DNA of 32,000 bases, taken from positions 554,499-586,498 of the forward strand of contig JAWAHN010000001.1 in NCBI GenBank assembly GCA_038889235.1, in the 5' to 3' direction. Under the pieces are notes generated by a model that did not search any database, had not been told where the DNA came from, and worked only from the letters and a program-made list of their open reading frames with translations. Positions 25,770 to 32,000 of this stretch are shown in pieces (position 1 is the stretch's first letter; each line of letters starts with the position of its first letter). Made by a program: the position numbers and the translations under genes. The stretch is from Candidatus Jordarchaeales archaeon. GTDB lineage: Archaea; Asgardarchaeota; Jordiarchaeia; Jordiarchaeales; Freyrarchaeaceae.

Positions 25770-26927
25770 TTGGACCCAGTAACAGCATTCTACGTGGTAT
25801 TTGGCCTCCTTTACCTGCTCATACCTTCAGCGTATCTAGCCACTGCAGTATCGTCTTTGGTGAAATGTGAAAGATGCGAAGAGAAAGAAGGGGAGCTGCC
25901 GTCTGTGACCGTGCTTGTTCCCACTTTTAACGACGGAGAAAATGTCAAGAGAATCATTAGCAGTCTAGAGACAGCTGACTACCCTGATGACAAACTTGAG
26001 ATAATATTCATAGACGATTCTAGTGACTCCACGCCAAGGATACTAGAGGAGTTTGCTTCCCGGAAGAAGAACGTGCGTGTTTTGAAGAGAGGGAAGCGTC
26101 TTGGAAAGCCTTCAGCACTTAATGACGGTCTAAGAATTTCAAGAGGGGAGGTCGTGGTAGTATATGACGCCGACTCCGCACCCCACCCTTCCGCCATAAG
26201 GAAGCTGGTAACGGCACTGAATGGCGAGGTGGTGGCTGCCCAAGGCGGTTATGAAGTCGATGCTAGAAATACACTTAACAAGATAATTGACCTTGAATAC
26301 GTTCTATGGCAGGGAAGCCAACTCGTCGCAGTTCCTGTAATAGTAGGCTACAACTACGCGGTGAAAAGAAGCTACCTAGAGGAGATCGGGGGCTGGGACT
26401 CTAATGCGCTCGCAGAAGACCACGTCTTATGGTTAAAGATATACTCTGATGGCAAAAAAATTAGGTACGTAGAAGACGCAAAGGTCAGGGTTTTAGAGCC
26501 GATGACGCTTAAAGAGTTTAAGAAGCAGCGGCTTAGGTGGAGCAAAGGCGCTATTCAGGCGGCAGAAAAGGTCGTTAAGGCCGGGAAGAAACGCATAATC
26601 CCCAAGCCATACATACCTAACATTCTAGTTTATACATCCCGTTACTCTGCCCCCCCACAAGCAGCGATTTCCCTAGTAGTGTTAGCGTTAACACTAATGG
26701 TCTACCTAGTCTTTCCACAGTTCAGACCCCTGCTCTCTCCGCTTGTGACTATACTACTTTCGGCGATAGCTCTAACCTCTCTCGCAAGCTTGTTACTTTG
26801 CCTGAGGATGAAAAAGCTGTCACGATGGATTTACTTCTTTCCACTTTCGTTCTTAGTTTTATATCAGAGCGTTCTCTCTACCTTAGTTTTAAGGAGAGAT
26901 GTCTCCTGGGAAAAAGTTCAAAAATAG
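25770..26927 (+). CDS. Processive GT2 membrane glycosyltransferase (cellulose synthase/PgaC-like)
   Basis: N-terminal TM, VLVPTFND, DDSSD, GKPSALN, YDAD, LAED and QRLRW (D,D,D,QxxRW), followed by three C-terminal TMs ending SWEKVQK. Confidence 0.9.
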   Translation: MDPVTAFYVVFGLLYLLIPSAYLATAVSSLVKCERCEEKEGELPSVTVLVPTFNDGENVKRIISSLETADYPDDKLEIIFIDDSSDSTPRILEEFASRKKNVRVLKRGKRLGKPSALNDGLRISRGEVVVVYDADSAPHPSAIRKLVTALNGEVVAAQGGYEVDARNTLNKIIDLEYVLWQGSQLVAVPVIVGYNYAVKRSYLEEIGGWDSNALAEDHVLWLKIYSDGKKIRYVEDAKVRVLEPMTLKEFKKQRLRWSKGAIQAAEKVVKAGKKRIIPKPYIPNILVYTSRYSAPPQAAISLVVLALTLMVYLVFPQFRPLLSPLVTILLSAIALTSLASLLLCLRMKKLSRWIYFFPLSFLVLYQSVLSTLVLRRDVSWEKVQK

Positions 26928-27008
26928 CCAGTCTACTATTTATCTTCGCTATTTCCGCTTTGTTTTTAGGAGTTTGGTGGTTCCAAATAATTTTGACCTC
27001 ATGGGAGG

Positions 27009-28928
27009 GTGCCTTTGCATAAAGTTGGTGTCTTCAGGGTTGAGAAAGGTAATGTCGAGGAAGCCGTGAGGAGGGCTGTGGATTCTGTTGGAGGAGTTGA
27101 CGTCGATAGAGGGGAAGAAGTTGTTGTCAAACCAAACATAGCTTTTCATAGTGATCCCTATGGGGCAATAAACACTGATCCAAGAGTGCTAGACGCCGTA
27201 CTAAAACTTCTCCGCGAGTATACGAGTAGGATCATCGTTGTAGAGAGCGACAGTACGTCAAACTATGCTGAAATAAGGGCAGAGCAGAGCGGACTTATGG
27301 AAATTATTCGGAAAAACGAGGCGAAGTTCGTGAACCTTAGCAAGGACGAAATAGTCCAAGTAAAGGTTGCAGGGCGCGTTATACGCCTCCCGAAAACTGT
27401 GGTGGAAGCACCTTACTTCGTGAACGTGCCAAAACTCAAAACGCACGAGGATACCGTCATAACCGTCGCGCTTAAGAACATGTTCGGCGTCTTACCAGAG
27501 AAAAACAAAGCCATTTTCTACCATCCAATTTTGGATGAAATAATACCTTTAGTTAACGCAGCTTGCCGACAAAACCTTATAGTTGTCGACGGAATAATAG
27601 CGATGGAGGGCAGGGGGCCCATAGCAGGCACACCCGTTATGATGAACATAGTTATGAGTGGACGTGAGCCAGCAACTGTTGACGCGGTGGCAGCCCACAT
27701 TATGGGGTTTGACCCTAGGAAGATTAGGACGATAGTAAAGGCGCATAGTTTAGGGCTGGGTGAAATAGACCTTGAAAAAATAGAGATCATCGGTGAACCT
27801 TTAGAGAGGGTGGCTAGGAAGTTCAGGGAACCAAGGTCACTAGCGGGAGTAATATCTGATGGTTCCATGGCCCTCAGGTTATTGTTCTTCAATACAACGA
27901 CAGCTAGTCGGCCAGTAGAGAGAAAGGTAAGGGTTGGAGTCATAGGATGCGGGAAAATAGCGGAGTATTTGCACCTTCCCGGCTACGCGAGCTTGAATAA
28001 CGTTGAAATTGTCGCGGTAGCAGACTTAAACGAAGAAAGGCTCGAATACGTAAGACAAAAGTTTGGAGTAGTTGACACGCACACCGACTACCTGCAACTT
28101 CTAGAGGACCCCCGCATTGAAGCAGTTTCCATCTGTACCCCCCCACACTTGCACAAGAAAATGACTGTAGAAGCCGTCGAGCATGGGAAACATGTTCTCT
28201 GCGAAAAGCCGTTGGCCACTAACGTGAAAGAGGCGTACGAGCTCCTTGAAGAGGTGAAAGACAGCAAGTTCTTCGTCATGCCAGCATTCAACTACCGATT
28301 TACACCAAACGTCAAAATAGCTAACGAAGTAATCTCGCGTGGGAAAATAGGTGAAATAAAGAGAGCGAACGTGATTTTCAAGAGCGACCAAAGAATCTGG
28401 GGGGCCGTAACGCCATTTAGGTTCGCTGAGAAAACCGGAGTGCTCTCAGACCTTGGGCCCCATGCCGTTGACTTAGTGCACTACCTTCTAGGAGACGTTG
28501 AAGAGGTTAGTAGGGTTGAAGCGAGGGCGGAGAGGTACAACGTGTATGATAGAGTTAGCGTTGAGTTAGCGATGCAAAGTGGGGCAAAAGTCGAGGTCGG
28601 ATTACAATGGTTCTCAGATAGCATGATACCTTCATTCTCCTGGACGATAGAGGGAACGAAAGGGACTATGAAGTTTGATGTTTTGAGGTCGCCCTACGCT
28701 GTGAGCATCAGTTGGAATGGCAAAAAGTGGCAGCGATACGCCGTAGAACCAGTGCTCAAAGATCTAGCAGATAGGGCGGTCATGGCAATTAAAAGAACCC
28801 ATTACTCATACCTGGCGGAAATAAGCTACTTTGTTCAGTGTGTGGCTAACAAAACGCCGCCCTCACCAACTATCTTAGACGGAGTTCGCTGCACAGAAAC
28901 CATGGAACTCATAAACAAAAGATTATAG
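27009..28928 (+). CDS. Fusion of a DUF362 domain and a Gfo/Idh/MocA NAD(P)-dependent oxidoreductase
   Basis: N-terminal half: VVKPNI, VVESDS, NVPKLKTH, ALKNMFG, VDGIIAMEGRGP. C-terminal half: VGVIGCGKIA, ICTPPHLH, HVLCEKPLA, FNYRF, DLGPHAVD. One continuous frame; start is GTG 27009 or TTG 27015. Confidence 0.88.
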   Translation: MPLHKVGVFRVEKGNVEEAVRRAVDSVGGVDVDRGEEVVVKPNIAFHSDPYGAINTDPRVLDAVLKLLREYTSRIIVVESDSTSNYAEIRAEQSGLMEIIRKNEAKFVNLSKDEIVQVKVAGRVIRLPKTVVEAPYFVNVPKLKTHEDTVITVALKNMFGVLPEKNKAIFYHPILDEIIPLVNAACRQNLIVVDGIIAMEGRGPIAGTPVMMNIVMSGREPATVDAVAAHIMGFDPRKIRTIVKAHSLGLGEIDLEKIEIIGEPLERVARKFREPRSLAGVISDGSMALRLLFFNTTTASRPVERKVRVGVIGCGKIAEYLHLPGYASLNNVEIVAVADLNEERLEYVRQKFGVVDTHTDYLQLLEDPRIEAVSICTPPHLHKKMTVEAVEHGKHVLCEKPLATNVKEAYELLEEVKDSKFFVMPAFNYRFTPNVKIANEVISRGKIGEIKRANVIFKSDQRIWGAVTPFRFAEKTGVLSDLGPHAVDLVHYLLGDVEEVSRVEARAERYNVYDRVSVELAMQSGAKVEVGLQWFSDSMIPSFSWTIEGTKGTMKFDVLRSPYAVSISWNGKKWQRYAVEPVLKDLADRAVMAIKRTHYSYLAEISYFVQCVANKTPPSPTILDGVRCTETMELINKRL

Positions 28929-28959
28929 ATTTTCGTATCAACATATAAAAAGCCTCTTT

Positions 28960-29232
28960 CTATAATTCCAAGAGGCGCATAATAATTTCCTTGATGGCTG
29001 AAGCCGGCTTAAAACCTATTATAACTTCTTTCTCTCCTATTACGAGGGCGGGCACAGCTTTAATAGCATACCTATCTGCCACGGCTTTTGCTCTTCGGTC
29101 GTAGATGTTATGTACCCGCCACTCAACTATGTCACCGAGCTCACGCATGAGGGGTGTGACAACCAACTTCATGAAACTCTTGCACTCTTCGCTCATAGGG
29201 TTGAAAAAGTAGTCAACTGTTATTTTCTTCAA
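28960..29232 (-). CDS. Small thioredoxin-fold protein with SxxC in place of CxxC
   Basis: VDYFFNPMSEECK at the active-site position, YAIKAVPALVI (cis-Pro loop) and IGFKP. Confidence 0.8.
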   Translation of the reverse strand: MKKITVDYFFNPMSEECKSFMKLVVTPLMRELGDIVEWRVHNIYDRRAKAVADRYAIKAVPALVIGEKEVIIGFKPASAIKEIIMRLLEL

Positions 29233-29881
29233 GGTTTAAGCTCAACCTCCAAGGGACGTTTTTAACTTTAACGTAGTAAGAAGACTTGGATCTTTCAACC
29301 TCGATCAGGCCGGCTTCCTCTAGTTCTTTGACATATCTTTTCAGTTTTGTTCTGGAAATACCCAGCTTTTCAGCTAGTTCAGCGTAACTTCCGCCTCCAA
29401 CCTCGCTAAGAGCCGCCAACACCCTATACTTTTCGTCCCTGGACAGGAGGTTTTTCAAGTAGGTTTCATGCTCTTTTACAGCCTTTTTTAGCGACTCCAT
29501 AATTCCCTCTAGCTTCTTCGTCCTTTGTAACAACGAGTAATACTCTGCTTGGTCCTTTACAGCTCTGAAAAGCTCTTCGGCAGCATAGTCTAACTTTCTA
29601 ACGTTCTTCACTTCGCCAAGTAAAAGCTGCATATGCTTTAATGCAGTTATTATAGTTTTGTCAGCCATATTGCTAACAAGCTCATCAACGAGACTTTCAA
29701 GTCTTAACAAAACCTTACTAATGTCTGTTTTTCCGAAAGTCTCAGTCCCGCTGTCGAGCACTCCCCTTGAAAATCTGTCGAAAAAACCTCTCAAGTTCTT
29801 CCTTAATTTGTCCTTGAAATCGTTCATTTCGGCGACAAACTTCAACGCAGTACTATGGAGCAAGCTGTCATAGTCACTCAT
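29213..29881 (-). CDS. Coiled-coil protein with C-terminal winged helix-turn-helix (putative transcription regulator)
   Basis: Helical N-terminal 145 aa followed by KYRVLAALSEVGGGSYAELAEKLGISRTKLKRYVKELEEAGLIEV, a wHTH pattern. Confidence 0.8.
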   Translation of the reverse strand: MSDYDSLLHSTALKFVAEMNDFKDKLRKNLRGFFDRFSRGVLDSGTETFGKTDISKVLLRLESLVDELVSNMADKTIITALKHMQLLLGEVKNVRKLDYAAEELFRAVKDQAEYYSLLQRTKKLEGIMESLKKAVKEHETYLKNLLSRDEKYRVLAALSEVGGGSYAELAEKLGISRTKLKRYVKELEEAGLIEVERSKSSYYVKVKNVPWRLSLNLEENNS

Positions 29882-29963
29882 CTACAAACCCACCGCTTTT
29901 AGGATCGTTAAACCAAGAACATTTAATTAACTTTTAAAAATTAATGTTTCCAAGTTTGGGGGA

Positions 29964-30497
29964 ATGAGCTGCTTGAAGAAAATCCTCGTCACAGGCCCTC
30001 CTGGATGTGGAAAGAGTACGCTTGCATCCAAAGTCATTGAAAAAGCAAGAGAGAAGGGGCTGCGGGTTGGGGGAATAATCACTCCAGAGATAAGAGAAGG
30101 GGGGACAAGAAAGGGGTTCTTGATTGTGGACTTGCTCACAGGGGAGAAGGAACTGATGGCCAGTGTTGGCGAGGGAGCTCCGAAAGTTGGAAAATACGTT
30201 GTACACACCAGCGCCATTGCAAGTTTAGGATTCAGGGCGCTGATAAGAGCTGCTGAAGAAGCCGACATCATAGTGGTGGACGAGATAGGAAAAATGGAGC
30301 TAATGGTGGATGAGTTCTCGCAAGCTGTTCGAAGGGTCATTGACTGCAAGAAGCCGTTCCTTGGAACAATAGGGTTAAACCTAAAACACCCGCTAGCTCT
30401 CGAACTCAAGAGAAGAAACGACATCGAGCTTATATTCCTTTCACGTGAAAATTGGCGGGAAAATTACGAGCTTGTTTTAAGGGAACTCGGAATATAA
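29964..30497 (+). CDS. Nucleoside-triphosphatase, THEP1 family
   Basis: ILVTGPPGCGKST (Walker A), GGIITPEIREGGTRKGF, VGKYVV and VVDEIGKME (Walker B). Confidence 0.93.
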   Translation: MSCLKKILVTGPPGCGKSTLASKVIEKAREKGLRVGGIITPEIREGGTRKGFLIVDLLTGEKELMASVGEGAPKVGKYVVHTSAIASLGFRALIRAAEEADIIVVDEIGKMELMVDEFSQAVRRVIDCKKPFLGTIGLNLKHPLALELKRRNDIELIFLSRENWRENYELVLRELGI

Positions 30498-30543
30498 GGC
30501 GCCCCCGGTAATCAACGGCTAATCAATTAGACAATCTACTCTT

Positions 30544-31215
30544 TTACATTATCTTAAGGTAGTTTGAGGCTACTGCTTCGAAACAACACATCAAGTCAAT
30601 GTTTGCGTCCAGCTCTAAGAGGAAACTGTTAAGCTTGAAAACGGGGACCACTGGAATTTTTCTGTAAAATCCTTCCTGCAGCAGGGTCACGACCAAAGGA
30701 AGCACCTTAATTTTCCCCCAGCCTGACACACCTAACTCTAAGCTTAAACCTGGAATGGAATCTGCCAGCGCCTTCGTCCTTTCAGCGTGCCTTTCCAAAA
30801 TTCGCCTATCCGGGGCAACAGTTCTCGGCCTCTTATAGTGCTTACATTCGACACATATTACGAGTGGCTTTTTCAAAGCTAAGATGTCCACTTCAAACCT
30901 GCGCCCGCTGCGAGAAAACCTAAAGTTTCTTATCAGAGAGTAGCCATGTCTATCGAATACACCCCCTAAGAACTCCTCGAAAGCCTTCCAGGTTAAAAGG
31001 CGCGCCAGGTACTCTGCTGTGAAACCGTAGGAGAGAAGGGCCTCCACGAGAGATACTCTGTCGGGGGCTATGAGCTTATCTCCCTCCTTGAGTAGGACCC
31101 CTCTTTCGAGTAGGGAGTTCACGACAATCCTAGCTTCCCACGAGTCTGAAAGTTCGTCCTCAGTGAGGAACTCGCTAAGAAGCTTTCTGACGACCGTTTC
31201 CAAGCAGTACACCAA
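30544..31215 (-). CDS. PD-(D/E)xK nuclease-fold protein (Mrr-like restriction endonuclease family, archaeal type)
   Basis: WKAFEEFLGGVFDRHGY...FEVDILA...VECKHY. The start is uncertain. Confidence 0.75.
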   Translation of the reverse strand: MVYCLETVVRKLLSEFLTEDELSDSWEARIVVNSLLERGVLLKEGDKLIAPDRVSLVEALLSYGFTAEYLARLLTWKAFEEFLGGVFDRHGYSLIRNFRFSRSGRRFEVDILALKKPLVICVECKHYKRPRTVAPDRRILERHAERTKALADSIPGLSLELGVSGWGKIKVLPLVVTLLQEGFYRKIPVVPVFKLNSFLLELDANIDLMCCFEAVASNYLKIM

Positions 31216-31277
31216 GAAGCATTAAAAACACAGGTAATTAATTCCTTTTTCGACAATTTTCCTGGAGGAACGCGGAA

Positions 31278-32000
31278 ATGATACCGATCAACAAACCCAT
31301 CTTGGGCAAAGAGGAAGAGGATAATGTTGTCAGAGTTCTGCGCTCAGGGATACTTACAGGGAGAGGCGTTGATGGAGGGATGGTTTCCGAGTTCGAAAAG
31401 CTTTTCGCACAGTTCCTCGGGGTCAAGCATGCTGTGGCCGTTAGTTCCGGCACTGCGGCTCTCCATGCTTCCCTAATATCACTGGGAGTTGGCCCGGGAG
31501 ATGAAGTCATAGTTCCCTCCTTCACTTTTTCGGCTACAGCTAATGTTGTACTCCACGTAGGTGCAAAACCAGTTTTCGTCGACATAGACCTCGACACTTA
31601 CACTATGGACCCCAATGAGGTTAGGAGGGCGCTAACCCCTAAAACTAAGGCAATAATACCAGTGCATCTCTACGGCCACCCGGCCGACATGAAGCCCATA
31701 ATGGAGCTTGCCGAGGACAACAATGTTTACGTGATTGAGGACTGTGCCCAAGCTCACGGAGCTGAATATGAGGGTGTTAAAGTTGGGGGGATAGGGCACT
31801 TAGGCTGTTTCAGCTTCTACCCCACGAAGATAATTACTACCGGTGAGGGGGGAATGGTGACCACGAACAGCGAGGAGCTTGCAGAAAAAATCAGGATGAT
31901 AAGAAATCAAGGGGAGAGAGGAGATTATTCAACGATGATTTTGGGTCACAATTGGAGGCTCACTGAGATTAACGCTGCGATAGGAGTTGCCCAGATGAAG
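31278..32000 (+). CDS. DegT/DnrJ/EryC1/StrS PLP-dependent sugar aminotransferase (3' end lies outside the window; absent from the ORF track)
   Basis: ATG 31278 after GGAGG reads MIPINKP..AVSSGTAALH..GPGDEVIVPSFTFSATAN..PVHLYG..IEDCAQAHG..SFYPTKIITTGEGG (PLP Lys). The frame is open to the window end. Confidence 0.95.
   Translation, partial: MIPINKPILGKEEEDNVVRVLRSGILTGRGVDGGMVSEFEKLFAQFLGVKHAVAVSSGTAALHASLISLGVGPGDEVIVPSFTFSATANVVLHVGAKPVFVDIDLDTYTMDPNEVRRALTPKTKAIIPVHLYGHPADMKPIMELAEDNNVYVIEDCAQAHGAEYEGVKVGGIGHLGCFSFYPTKIITTGEGGMVTTNSEELAEKIRMIRNQGERGDYSTMILGHNWRLTEINAAIGVAQMK

Noticed and set aside
26798-27022. 74-aa ORF with a hydrophobic tail overlapping the GT2 end
   Set aside because: It overlaps two well-supported genes out of frame, and the GT2 already ends with a typical W-x-K terminus. 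The hydrophobicity reflects T-rich spacer DNA.
29213-29881. ESCRT-III/CdvB identity for the coiled-coil plus wHTH protein
   Set aside because: The architecture is superficially similar, but I see no Snf7-like sequence pattern and no cdv/Vps4 neighbours.
9225-31597. Antisense and alternative-frame ORFs in the track (e.g. 9225-9752, 16504-17010, 27518-27943, 29927-30424, 31238-31597)
   Set aside because: They are shadows of well-supported genes on the opposite strand, Ser/Pro/Thr-rich and without motifs.
1-32000. CRISPR array, tRNA/rRNA genes, transposases or integrases
   Set aside because: No regularly spaced repeats, cloverleaf or rRNA signatures, or mobile-element ORFs were seen.

Overview
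Archaeal housekeeping-type region; the gene repertoire and GGAGG/GAGGTG Shine-Dalgarno sites suggest a TACK/Asgard-like lineage (inference only). I found no rRNA, tRNA, CRISPR array or mobile element. Left to right: (1) a partial marC; (2) a 7-gene minus-strand operon for the archaeal (Aeropyrum-type) modified mevalonate pathway, with HMG-CoA synthase, thiolase, DUF35, UbiD-type AMP decarboxylase, two aconitase-X/phosphomevalonate dehydratase subunits and HMG-CoA reductase, divergent from a prenyl diphosphate synthase; (3) moaA; (4) an FAD-oxidoreductase/Fe-S (GlcD/GlcF-like) pair; (5) a five-gene operon of tandem transglutaminase, DUF4350, MoxR, DUF58 and a membrane protein; (6) an operon of an RsmB/NOP2 methyltransferase, two GT2s and a DUF362-oxidoreductase fusion; (7) small genes and a partial DegT aminotransferase. 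The main find is a 30-nt insert (11085-11114, minus strand) in the Fe-S gene. It carries an in-frame TAA and folds with its flanks into a complete bulge-helix-bulge (hBHBh') motif. Cutting at the canonical tRNA-splicing-endonuclease sites restores CNRTRCGYCVEECP, the first [4Fe-4S] motif, so it is a candidate BHB intron in a protein-coding gene that the ORF track misses. Secondary finds: a class I HMG-CoA reductase with an NADH-type (DDP) cofactor loop, a tandem active plus catalytically dead transglutaminase surface protein, a prenyltransferase lacking the usual chain-length aromatic, and a structured leader upstream of the RNA methyltransferase. All calls come from manual motif reading; no database searches were run.
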